Source: an uncultured Chloroflexia bacterium (lineage in GTDB: Bacteria; Chloroflexota; Chloroflexia; QHBQ01; JADMIH01). Taken from it: a stretch of 64,000 nucleotides of DNA. A program made the translations under genes and the position numbers. Numbering within the stretch: the stretch's first letter is position 1; each line of letters begins with the position of its first letter. Of this stretch, positions 1 through 9,188 are shown in pieces. The notes below the pieces were generated by a model. That model worked only from the letters and a program-made list of their open reading frames with translations, was not told the DNA's origin and searched no databases. The stretch lies in contig CAWCNY010000005.1 in NCBI GenBank assembly GCA_963797095.1, positions 1 through 64,000 of the forward strand, written 5' to 3'.

Positions 1-219
1 TGGGGTTTTTTGCAAGACCCCCCAAAACGGTGCATTTCAGCGTGCAGGTGATGTGGGGACGTTGGGTAGAGGTCTTGGACGGTGGAGGCTGCCTGCATAG
101 GGCGTCACCTTGGCAGGCGTGGATTCCATCGGTCGTGCTATCGGGTGTATACTTCTCACGGAAAATGGGGGTAAATCATCACAAATGCACCGTTTTGGGG
201 GGTCTTGCAAAAAACCCCA
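1..219. repeat. MITE-like element bounded by a perfect 37-bp inverted repeat
   Basis: 1-37 tggggttttttgcaagaccccccaaaacggtgcattt is the exact reverse complement of 183-219; the ~145 bp interior is non-coding; may extend left of the window. Confidence 0.7.
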
Positions 220-699
220 TACTGCGTGCTCGATCTGCTCGCCACAATGGGCGCGACCCCGACCGGCGGTAAACTGCCCCGCCGAGCCAGTGAAAGCACT
301 ATAGCACAGAAGTTCTAAATTCGCAATCCCCAATGTGGGCTATTTTGTGTGGAGATCGAGGCTTTGCCACTATTTGTGGTGTATCTTGCCCCACGGTTTG
401 GTTGAGTGGCTGTATGGCTGCTAAAGTTGGCGGAAGCTGGCGGAGCGGAGTGGGAGCTGTGGACAAGGTCATTCTGCCGTATCCATAGGCCGCGTCGCTG
501 GATGTGACCCCCCGCACCACACGAGAGTGAAGACCGTCCCCGGCCAGTCGCTACAAGTCTGCAGCCACCTCTCCGACAGATCCGGGCACCCGAGCGCAGG
601 CCAGGACCTGCCCCGGGGCAACTCACACGTGCGCGCGAGCCCGCTGGGACGCTGTGTGGGGCAATCAGGACTGCCATATATGCGACGTGCGAGGGTGGC

Positions 700-847
700 A
701 GCGACCGGCACCTGCTTGTACCAAAAGTGCCGTCAAGCGTGGCAGAGTTGGTCGACAGAGCCTCCACCCCCCGAGTTAGCGGCGTTGCTTGATCATGTGT
801 CTCACTCTAGACCCCTCTCCGCCCCAACCTGACCAACCAGCGACTAG
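700..847 (+). pseudogene. possible degenerate IS701-like transposase C-terminal remnant
   Basis: CRQAWQSWSTEPPPPELAALLDHV resembles the C-terminus of some IS701-group transposases, followed by ctag; very degraded. Confidence 0.3.
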
Positions 848-1160
848 TACAGCTTCGCTCAAATAAGCCTGCAGTATGGGGCCTGTCATGAGCCGCAACG
901 CTGCCAGGAAACTGTGGGTCTATTTAGCCCTAGGTGTACTAAACTAATTCCAACATGAGATCCGCAAAGGCCCGTGCACGAGGCATGTAGATTTCACCTT
1001 GGTATCAGTTTAGGAGAACAAGACAGGAGAAATGTCCGCTAAGTTACGCGCGTGTTGAAAAACACCCTAACGCTAACAATCGGGCCACTTTGTGTCTGTC
1101 TTGTGTCTAACCTTGAGGCGATACCAGGTGTGGCAAGCGCGAAGTGGACGGTATCTCCTC

Positions 1161-2024
1161 TTAAGTGCGCTGCACAACAGCAATGATGTGCGTGCCTCCA
1201 TCTAGAGCGCCGGGCTCTTTGCAGTACTCGGTCTCCCAACCCAGGAAAGCTTGCCACGTGGCGGACTTTGCTGGATCGGAGGCGATTATATTTAGTGCCT
1301 CTTCGTTGCCCAGCGACAGAAAGTTGGAGGCGGAGGCCGCTACGATCTCGCAAGAGTGTTTGCTCAGCAGTGCCTCGAACTCGGACCACCTGAACATATG
1401 GCAATGGTGCCCACGCGGTGTTACCTCACCGTACAGGTCGCCCGTCGCCTGTACGTGCTGTACAGGCTCCAGGCCGAACTGCTCGATTGCAGACAGTATT
1501 CCGCCAAGGAGGGCGCGTGTGGATCCAACCAGCGACATCACGCTGATCAGCAGGTAGCCTCCCGCTTTCGTGACGCGAAGTAGCTCGCTAATCGCTTCTT
1601 CTGCGCGCTCCAGGACGTAGCTGACAACCCCACCATAACAGACCACGGCATCGTAGGTCCCAGTGGGTATGCCGGAGAGGTCAACAATGTCCAACTGCGT
1701 CCAGGCGGTCACTGCTTGCTGGCAGCCGGCTTCGCGCACGTGCTCTCTGTTGAGTTCAAGCTGCCTGGGCGAAATATCGCCTACTGTCACAGCAGCGCCG
1801 AGTTTGGCAAGCTCAATTGTAAAGCGTCCTGCTCCGGCACCTGCCTCCAGCACGCTTGCTCCCGGCTGGATGTATTGCTGCAGGTAGTGCTTGTGCAAGT
1901 GGAAATTGACTGAGTTGCTCAGCCCGGCCTCCGGTTCGAAGCGCGCCCACTCGCGCTCGGCATAATCGTCATAATAGCGGGCGATGTGGTTGGGGTCGTA
2001 CTTTGTACTCATATCTTGCCCCAT
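1161..2024 (-). CDS. class I SAM-dependent methyltransferase
   Basis: VLEAGAGAGRF motif I, GDIS acidic loop, YDAVVC, LLRVTKAGGYL. Confidence 0.9.
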   Translation of the reverse strand: MGQDMSTKYDPNHIARYYDDYAEREWARFEPEAGLSNSVNFHLHKHYLQQYIQPGASVLEAGAGAGRFTIELAKLGAAVTVGDISPRQLELNREHVREAGCQQAVTAWTQLDIVDLSGIPTGTYDAVVCYGGVVSYVLERAEEAISELLRVTKAGGYLLISVMSLVGSTRALLGGILSAIEQFGLEPVQHVQATGDLYGEVTPRGHHCHMFRWSEFEALLSKHSCEIVAASASNFLSLGNEEALNIIASDPAKSATWQAFLGWETEYCKEPGALDGGTHIIAVVQRT

Positions 2025-2307
2025 GTGGTTGTGGTGCGTCCTGGTGACTGTATCGGGTGATTCCCCTGGATTGATGTGTCTCTGAATGCGAGGCTAAGTT
2101 GCGTGCACTGAGCAAGCGCCTGTTCCAGCATAAACAAAGGCTGGGAAAGTGACAAGCGATACTGAGGTTGGTGCCTTGATATCCACTCGGTAGGCTTGTT
2201 GGAAGTTACCGCAACCGTAACACAGTCTCTACAAAGGCCGACACTGCGTTTACCATGGCCGGCACAAAACGTTTTCCAACGTCCGTTGTCGTGGCTACTT
2301 CGCGCAT

Positions 2308-3658
2308 CCGTGCGTGGAAAGAGCAGTAATGTAAACTCGTAAGGTTAATAAGACTGCGGGTCTAGAGCTTCTCCTGGCGTGATCCGATACCCAGCGATTA
2401 GAATCAAAGTGCCCTCGTTCGAGTGGCATTCTTGTATGGGAGAAGTATTCTGATTTGGTCGCATTTCTTCAGTTCTTTGTAATGCTTGTGATCCCCGCGT
2501 TCTGGCGCCGATTTATTGGCCGGATTTGGAAAAGGCCTGCCAGTGATTCCCTTCCTACGGCCGCGGTGGCCGGTGCCTTGGCTGGCGCTATGATAGACCT
2601 TTGCCGTAGCAAGGGAGAACTGATAGGTGAGAATGCGCTACTGCGCCAACAGTTGGTTGTCTTGCGCCGTCAGGTCAGCCGGCCACAGCTCACCAGTTCA
2701 GATCGAGCCCTGTTGGTGCTGTTGGCGAGCAGGCTGCGAACCTGGAAGAGTGCTCTGTTCATCGTCCAACCCGATACCCTACTCCGCTGGCACAGACAGG
2801 GCTTCCGCCTGTTCTGGAGGAGAAAGTCCAGAGCGGCTTCTCGTGAACCGAAGACACCTATGGAGACCATAGAGTTGATCAAGCAAATGGCTTTGGAGAA
2901 CCGGCTGTGGGGAGCCGAGCGGATAAGGGGAGAGTTGCTCAAGCTGCACATTAGGGTGTGTAAGCGCACTATCCAGAAGTACATGCGCCAATCCCGCAGA
3001 CCCGCTCCCACCGAACGCAGATCGAACCAAAACTGGCGGACCTTCCTGCATAACCATGCTTCTGTCACATGGGCTTGCGATTTCCTACCCGTGTACGACC
3101 TGTTCTTCCGCCCATTGTTCATCTTCGTCATCATCGAGCTTGGCTCTCGGCGGGTAGTTCATTTCGGCGTCACTCGATCTCCAACAGACGAATGGGCCGC
3201 CCAGCAACTCAAGGAAGCAACACCATTCGGGGACGCGCCGCGGTTCTTGATACGGGACAACGACAGCAAGTATGGAAAGAAGTTCACGCATGTGGCGGTG
3301 AGCAGTAGCATCGAGGTGCTGCGAACGCCTTACAAAGCGCCGAGGGCGAACGCTGTGTGCGAGAGGTTGATGGGCAGTGTTCGTCGCGAGTGCTTGGACC
3401 ACATTCTGATCTGGCGTGAGAAGCATCTGTATCGAGTGGTGAAGGAATATGTGCGGTACTACAACTCCGCTCGTCCACATCAAGGGCTCGGACAGGCTAT
3501 ACCGGATCGGGCGGGCTCATCGATGCAGTCAATGCAGCAAGTTCCGCCGAGTAACCCCGAAGTTGGCGGGAAGGTAATCAGCTTGTCAGTGCTTGGCGGC
3601 TTGCATCACGATTATCGGCGGGCTGCATGAGCGCGGATGACAATGGTAGCCACCACAG
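2308..3658 (+). mobile_element. insertion sequence with integrase-core (rve, IS3/IS481-like) transposase
   Basis: ORF 2455-3630; imperfect ends ccgtgcgtgg / ccaccacag; boundaries approximate. Confidence 0.65.
2455..3630 (+). CDS. integrase core domain transposase
   Basis: WGAERIRGEL, WACDF, FLIRDNDSKY, PRANAVCER (DDE), YYNSARPHQGL, LGGLHHDYRRAA. Confidence 0.92.
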   Translation: MVAFLQFFVMLVIPAFWRRFIGRIWKRPASDSLPTAAVAGALAGAMIDLCRSKGELIGENALLRQQLVVLRRQVSRPQLTSSDRALLVLLASRLRTWKSALFIVQPDTLLRWHRQGFRLFWRRKSRAASREPKTPMETIELIKQMALENRLWGAERIRGELLKLHIRVCKRTIQKYMRQSRRPAPTERRSNQNWRTFLHNHASVTWACDFLPVYDLFFRPLFIFVIIELGSRRVVHFGVTRSPTDEWAAQQLKEATPFGDAPRFLIRDNDSKYGKKFTHVAVSSSIEVLRTPYKAPRANAVCERLMGSVRRECLDHILIWREKHLYRVVKEYVRYYNSARPHQGLGQAIPDRAGSSMQSMQQVPPSNPEVGGKVISLSVLGGLHHDYRRAA

Positions 3659-3920
3659 CCGATGCAATGGACCCAAGAGATCTGGAATATCGAATTAGGA
3701 AGGAACCGATTGACGGCTCTTCGCAATCCATTGACCTAACCAGATATTTGAATTGGCCATGAAACGGAGGCGCACGCTACGGTGCGCCTCCAAAGCCAAA
3801 TCTCGTACACTGCCTAAAGACGGCAGTCAGAGACGGCACGACCATATGGATAATGGGCATTAACGGCCGCACGGCAAAAGTGCTGACATGTCTGGAGAGC
3901 AGTCATGAAAGAAGGAATAG

Positions 3921-4130
3921 ATGATGATGAAACAGTACTTGTTGGTCATTTCAGTTCTTGTGCAGGCACTCTTAGCATTCGCACTTGGGTTCCTGCTTCT
4001 GCAACAAGATCGATTACTTCTCTCAAAAGACGTCGTAGGAGCTCTCTATGCTCTACTAATCCTAATCTCAATAGGGAATGTCATTTTCTTGCTGCTATTA
4101 CGGCGCCATGCTTCGCACAGAAAGCAATAG
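3921..4130 (+). CDS. small two-TM membrane protein (possible orphan Rhs immunity protein)
   Basis: 69 aa, two hydrophobic segments, gaagga RBS-like sequence, immediately before an Rhs core fragment. Confidence 0.45.
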   Translation: MMMKQYLLVISVLVQALLAFALGFLLLQQDRLLLSKDVVGALYALLILISIGNVIFLLLLRRHASHRKQ

Positions 4131-4139
4131 TCTGGCTCG

Positions 4140-4657
4140 GGCCCCGCAAGTGTTGTTGGCGTGCAGAAGTTCGACCCGTGGGGCAAGGTGCTGACACCAA
4201 ACGCATCACCCACACCAGTGCCAGTCAGCCAAACAAAGTTCAACTTTACAGGGCAGAAGCTGGACGGAACAGGGCTGTTGGACTACCATGCTCGCATGTA
4301 TGACCCTGCTCTGGGTAGGTTCGTGTCTCCTGATAGCATTGTGCCTGGGGCTTCTTCGGGCGTGGGTGGTGCTGGTGGCACTGTAGGGAAAGTAGGAAAC
4401 TCTGGGCTGACCGTGGATTTCCACGAGACAGGTTTTCTCTCATCTGTTGCCAGCGAAAACAGCCTAACTCTGCAGAGGGGCTTCTGGTTCCAGTTGAGTG
4501 CGGCAGACAAGCAAGCAGCCAATGAGCCTTCTGGTCCACGCAATCCACAAAGCCTCAGCCGTTATGCCTACGTACTGAACAATCCAGTGCGATATACTGA
4601 CCCGACAGGGCATTGGTTGGCTGTCCATAAGAGTTGCAATGGGTGCTATCAAGATAG
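4140..4657 (+). pseudogene. RHS repeat-associated core fragment with toxin tip truncated by IS3 remnant
   Basis: FDPWG..FTGQKLDGTGLLDYHARMYDPALGRFVSPD..NPQSLSRYAYVLNNPVRYTDPTGH; only ~15 aa follow DPTGH before the IS end. Confidence 0.88.
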
Positions 4658-4889
4658 TAAGGTGGCCCAGGTTGTCAAGACCACCGGGAGGCGCTTTCTA
4701 AGGTGAGATTGCTTCCTTCCGTGATGGGTGTTGCTTGCGTCTCTGGTGTCGCTGCTAGCCGGTGGTAGAGTGCCGCCGGTGTTCGGTAGTTAAGGGCTTG
4801 GTGGGGCCGGTCATGGTTGTAGAAATCGATGTACTGGCCGAGGCTCTGCCTTGCCTCTCTAGGGGTGCAGTATTCGTGCAGGTACACCT
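4658..4889 (-). mobile_element. IS3-family remnant (3' end of transposase plus right IR)
   Basis: VYLHEY..ARQSLGQYIDFYNHDRPHQALNYRTPA; terminal ..ggtcttgacaacctgggccacctta on the minus strand. Confidence 0.8.
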
Positions 4890-5367
4890 GTGGGCTAAGG
4901 GCCGTGCGCCTTGAAGTATTGCTATTAGTATGAAGTAGCCAGAGGGCGCATCCCGTGCTATCCTCGCTGCAGACGTTGAGTTGGCGGGGACGCCCAGGGG
5001 TGCGCGGCGTCAGGGCCGGTCGACCTGTGAGTTGGGACAGGGTACCAACCCAAGCCCGTATTGCTATTTGACCGCCCGTCCGATTCCACTCAACTGAGAA
5101 GGCGTCATTCCGGCGTCAAGCTCGTATCGGTATGTGTAAACGCCTACGCCCGAACGATGCGCCCTCGAATTGGCCTGGCCTCGAATTATGAGTATGGAGA
5201 TTATCTGACGAAAGGAGGTTTATACAGTGATGGATATGGATGCTCCATTTGGCCCACCTCAGCGGTATGTGGGGCTTGATGTCCACAAGCACTTCGTGGT
5301 GGTCGCTGCCGTAGATGGCCGACAGCAAATCGTCTTGCGTCCCTGTCGGCTGTCGTTCAACGACTGA
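4890..5367 (+). mobile_element. IS110-family remnant: ~340 bp non-coding left end plus truncated recombinase N-terminus (5230-5367)
   Basis: RBS aaaggagg at 5211; unlisted ORF MDMDAPFGPPQRYVGLDVHKHFVVVAAVD carries the IS110 RuvC-like GLDVHK motif; cut off by the intron fragment. Confidence 0.78.
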
Positions 5368-5737
5368 GATACACCTGGAGTGGATGCCCTCTTTACTCCG
5401 GGGTCTGGTGTCCCAGTCAGAGAATTGCACGCTTCCCTGACCTTCAGCAGACATGTCCCGATGTCTACCTCTTGACCCAGCATTGCCGTCTTGGTCAGCC
5501 AACCTCCGGCAACTCTTTTCTGACGAAGCCTCATCAAGGGTTCACTCTCGTTCATCCGTCCAGGTTTTCCCTAGCCCGCTCTGTACCGTTGGCTGGCCTT
5601 CGGCTTAGGCGTTATCCCCAGCTTCGCACCTCATGTTATCATGACGCACGTGAGGATTGGGAACAGGCTTTGGACACTAGCCTGGGTTGATTAGTTTTGC
5701 CGTTCAACCACTCATACGAAGCGACCTCGTATCGCAC
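5366..5737 (-). ncRNA. group II intron 5' fragment (domain I only, no ORF or domain V visible)
   Basis: minus strand begins GTGCGATACGAGGTCGCTTCGTATGAGTGG (canonical GUGYG start); EBS1 hairpin gtcagggaa-gcGTGCAA-ttctctgac (5416-5441) complementary to the 5' exon TTGCAC. Confidence 0.82.
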
Positions 5738-5857
5738 GTGCAACTCAAAGCCACAAATCAGTGCAACCCAAAGTCTCACTCAGTGCAATCCAAAGCCGCG
5801 CGCAGTGCAACTCAAATCCTAAAGTTACATCAGTGCGACCCAATTCTGCAAGTGACA
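5738..5857 (-). mobile_element. Tn5053/Tn402- or Tn7-like transposon end with five transposase-binding repeats
   Basis: minus strand TGTCACTTGCAGAATTGGGTCGCAC; plus-strand repeats (CA)GTGCAAYYCAAAG at 5738, 5761, 5783, 5805 and 5833 (last more degenerate), spaced 23/22/22/28 bp. Confidence 0.78.
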
Positions 5858-5948
5858 CCTGGATGTGGAAAACCTGTCCTGAAGCCGCAAGCTAGGTTAG
5901 TATTAGTAACGAGAATGGCCCTTCTCAGAACTTATCTCAGGAGTTGAT

Positions 5949-6725
5949 ATGACTTTCATTATTACCATTTACGTGAACGAAGGGATCGTAATGGCCAGCG
6001 ACAGCCGTCTAACTTTGAGCCGCACCTTCTCCAACGAAAACCAGTTCAAAGATCGTCAAAGCCAGACCCTCCTCGATATTGTCCAATCCGATGCCAACTT
6101 TAAGCTTTTCCTCTCCCCGAACGGTGTCGGAATTTCAACATGTGGCGACGCCAGTATCAACGGCGTGCCGTTGGCCGGATATATCGAAGCATTCATAGAC
6201 GAGCAAATCACTCAGGTGCTCAACAGCCCCATCGAGAACGATGAAATTGTCGAAGGGATGGAAGTAGACAAAGTCGCCGAGCAACTACTTGACTATTTCA
6301 AGAAGCTACCTGGACCACCCGACACCGCTTTTCACGTGGCGGGTTACAGAACAGACGGCAACAAGCGCGTCCAGGAAATCTGGCGGGTCGGCATCAAAGC
6401 CGGCGAGAAATCGCTGGTAAACAGCAAGGGCGAAAAGGGTGTGCTGTGGGACGGCGAAGGTGATGTCATGTACCGGTTGATCCAGCCTGTCTTCCGCCGC
6501 TCGGACAAGGGCGACTACATGCCTCTCGAAGACCCCGACATCGCATTCCACTACTTCACCATTCAGGACGCGATCGACTTCGCCGTCTACGCTGTCAGGA
6601 CAACCGTAGATACAATAAGGTTCATCGCTTCCCGCTCCAAGACTGTCGGCGGACCCATTGATGTACTCGTAATTAAGCCGCGAGATGCTTTCTGGGTGCA
6701 ACGCAAGCAACTGCAAGTGAGATAG
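5949..6725 (+). CDS. proteasome beta-subunit-like Ntn-hydrolase
   Basis: after Met removal: Thr1, Asp17-Ser-Arg19 (TFIITIYVNEGIVMASDSR), downstream Lys (NFKLF), FHVAGY, C-terminal TVGGPIDVLVI. Confidence 0.75.
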   Translation: MTFIITIYVNEGIVMASDSRLTLSRTFSNENQFKDRQSQTLLDIVQSDANFKLFLSPNGVGISTCGDASINGVPLAGYIEAFIDEQITQVLNSPIENDEIVEGMEVDKVAEQLLDYFKKLPGPPDTAFHVAGYRTDGNKRVQEIWRVGIKAGEKSLVNSKGEKGVLWDGEGDVMYRLIQPVFRRSDKGDYMPLEDPDIAFHYFTIQDAIDFAVYAVRTTVDTIRFIASRSKTVGGPIDVLVIKPRDAFWVQRKQLQVR

Positions 6726-6777
6726 TGGTTCAATATGAATTACCATACACTTGATTCTAAAGAAAGCCGGGTATTTC

Positions 6778-7800
6778 ATGCACGATGACGTTTCGGTAGT
6801 CACTCCCTATCAAGAGCAAGCAGCTGCTACTGCGATCCAACTCTTCGATGAGCGACTGGTCACACCAGCCATAGGCATGGATCAGCACCCTGCCGCCGTC
6901 TATCTGGCCCATCTCGCGCCGGGCTCGCGAAGGACGATGACCAATGCCCTCAATACGATGGCGGGTTTGCTGACCAAGAATCGATGCAACATTCAAACGC
7001 TCGATTGGAGCGCCCTACGCTATCAGCACACAACCGCTTTGCGAACACTCCTCGCCGATCTTTACGCCCCGTCCACCGCCAACAAGATGCTGGCCGCTTT
7101 GCGCGGTGTCTTACAGGAAGCATGGCGCTTGGGCAAAATGAGCGCGGAGGAATACCGGAGAGCCGCCGATTTACCCTCTGTGCGCGGGAGCACATTGCCG
7201 CGAGGAAGAGCCATCACCAAAAGCGAGCTATCTCGCCTCTTTGCCTCCTGCGCCAGAGATCGTGGCCCGGCGGGCAGACGTGATGCCGCTATCCTTGCCG
7301 TGCTCTACAACTGCGGCCTCCGTCGAAGCGAGCTGGTCGACCTCGACCTTTCCGACTATGACACCAACGATGCAGCACTCATGGTTCGAAGTGGCAAGGG
7401 CAGAAAGGCACGTGTCAGCTATACCACCGATATAAGCCAGAAAGCAATAGACGGATGGCTGGAGGCCAGGGGTCTGAGCGCGGGTCCCCTTTTCACACCG
7501 GTCAATAAGTCAGGCAAAGTAAGCCTCCGCAGGCTAAGCGACCAGGCCATTCGCAAGCTACTATTGAAGCGCGCTGCCGAGGCTGGGGTAAGCCACTTCT
7601 CTCCCCACGACCTTCGACGCACAATGATAGGGGATCTCCTGGATGCTGGTGCCGATATTTCCACTGTGCAGCGATTGGCAGGCCACGCCAATGTAACTAC
7701 CACAGCACGCTATGACCGTCGTGGCGAATCTGCCAAGCGGAGAGCTGCCAATCTGCTTCAGGTACCACTTACGAGTGAAAGTGAAGATAATGGCATCTGA
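6778..7800 (+). CDS. tyrosine recombinase/integrase
   Basis: GLRRSE (R), GKG (K), HDLRR (HxxR), AGH, TARYD (Y); N-terminal core-binding domain; start uncertain (6751 TTG or 6778 ATG). Confidence 0.92.
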   Translation: MHDDVSVVTPYQEQAAATAIQLFDERLVTPAIGMDQHPAAVYLAHLAPGSRRTMTNALNTMAGLLTKNRCNIQTLDWSALRYQHTTALRTLLADLYAPSTANKMLAALRGVLQEAWRLGKMSAEEYRRAADLPSVRGSTLPRGRAITKSELSRLFASCARDRGPAGRRDAAILAVLYNCGLRRSELVDLDLSDYDTNDAALMVRSGKGRKARVSYTTDISQKAIDGWLEARGLSAGPLFTPVNKSGKVSLRRLSDQAIRKLLLKRAAEAGVSHFSPHDLRRTMIGDLLDAGADISTVQRLAGHANVTTTARYDRRGESAKRRAANLLQVPLTSESEDNGI

Positions 7801-7844
7801 CGATCCCGAAGTCTTGGCCGGTATCGTTCAATAACGAGGACAAA

Positions 7845-9188
7845 ATGTCTGATAACGCAAGCGATCTTCTCCTATATGGTGTGGCTGCCGCCAAAGCCAA
7901 CAGCCGCGATGAGGCACGCAACTACCTTGAATGGGTGCTTCGCACCGACGCCGACTTCGACCAGCAAGCCGAGGCATGGTACTGGCTGAGCAGAATCACA
8001 GACGATCCCAAAGAGAAACGGGATTGCCTGGAGAATGTGCTCGCTATCACGCCGCGTCACCCGGAAGCGCAGCGCGACATGGCAATCCTGGAGGGTAGGC
8101 TGAAGCCGGAAACTATGCATGACCCCCTCCACAGCGTCGCACCGTTGGCACCTGGCCCCACTGTCGGCCAAAGTGATCTACAAACCTATAAGTGCCCCCA
8201 ATGTGGCGCGCGGATGACTGCGCGCGAGACCGATGGAAAGTTGGTCTGTGGCTTCTGCGGCTACGAGGCAGGCGGCAGTAAAAACTCGACGCTGAACCCT
8301 AGCGCCGTCGATGAGCAGGATTGGGTTGCCGCCATCTATTCAATGAAAGGCCACAGGTGGGAAGTGCCCACCGAGCGGGCCTTCAAATGCAACGCCTGTG
8401 GTGCCACAGTTGTAATGCCGCCTTCGAATGTCAGCACGAATTGCCCGTTCTGCGGAACCCCCTACGTAGCGCAAAGCTCCCAGGAGCAAGAGCTGATTGA
8501 GCCGAATGGCATCCTTCCCTTCGCGTTTGACGAAAAAATGGCATGGGCGTGCGTAGTCAAGTGGTTGGGAACACAACGATTCGCCCCGGCTGATCTCGGA
8601 CACCAGGCCATGCAAAACTCACCGCGACCGATCTATGTGCCCTTCTGGACTTTCGATATTGATGGCGAAATCGGCTGGCGAGGCTGGGAAGTAAGCACCG
8701 AGTTTGGAAGGGCAACCCGCGCGCCCGCCTCGGGTAGTGCCCCCATCTATTTCGATGATTTGCTGGTTCCAGGTACGCACTCACTTCCGGCTCACCTGCT
8801 CTCAGCCCTCCAATTCGATACCAAACACTTGCTCCCATATTCGATAGATATGCTGGCTAATTGGCCTGCCGAAGTCTATGCCGTATCCGTGGCCGATGCA
8901 TCGCTGGTAGCCCGCGACCACGCGATCCATTCCAGGCAGACTCAGGACTTTATCAATACAACCGTGTCAATCAACGGCAACATACAGGATCTAATTGTCG
9001 AAACGCCCGACCTGTCAGTCCTCTCCTACAAGCTTGCCCTTCTGCCGGTCTGGGTCGGAAGTTACATCTATGGTGGCAAAACATTTGCGGTGCTCGTCAA
9101 CGGGCAAAGCGGTGTCGTCGAAGGTGAGGTTCCTCGCAATCGCATGCAGCAGGTGCTTGGCGAACTTTTCGGCGTTGTTTTTGGTTGA
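7845..9188 (+). CDS. TPR + zinc-ribbon domain protein
   Basis: N-terminal TPR-like (EAWYWLS), four CxxC motifs (CPQCG, CGFCG, CNACG, CPFCG), PNGILPF..YVPFWTFD..VLVNGQSG. Confidence 0.75.
   Translation: MSDNASDLLLYGVAAAKANSRDEARNYLEWVLRTDADFDQQAEAWYWLSRITDDPKEKRDCLENVLAITPRHPEAQRDMAILEGRLKPETMHDPLHSVAPLAPGPTVGQSDLQTYKCPQCGARMTARETDGKLVCGFCGYEAGGSKNSTLNPSAVDEQDWVAAIYSMKGHRWEVPTERAFKCNACGATVVMPPSNVSTNCPFCGTPYVAQSSQEQELIEPNGILPFAFDEKMAWACVVKWLGTQRFAPADLGHQAMQNSPRPIYVPFWTFDIDGEIGWRGWEVSTEFGRATRAPASGSAPIYFDDLLVPGTHSLPAHLLSALQFDTKHLLPYSIDMLANWPAEVYAVSVADASLVARDHAIHSRQTQDFINTTVSINGNIQDLIVETPDLSVLSYKLALLPVWVGSYIYGGKTFAVLVNGQSGVVEGEVPRNRMQQVLGELFGVVFG

Noticed and set aside
5440-5500. EBS2 assignment for the intron
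   Set aside because: Only a weak 5-nt G-U-containing match (tcaag to tttga); not supportable
5738-5845. Mini-CRISPR or iteron reading of the GTGCAAYYCAAAG repeats
   Set aside because: Units are ~15 bp with only 7-13 bp between them, there are no cas or rep genes, and the array ends in a TGT transposon terminus
6778-7800. Integron integrase
   Set aside because: It lacks the IntI-specific insertion before HxxR, and I saw no attC-like sites
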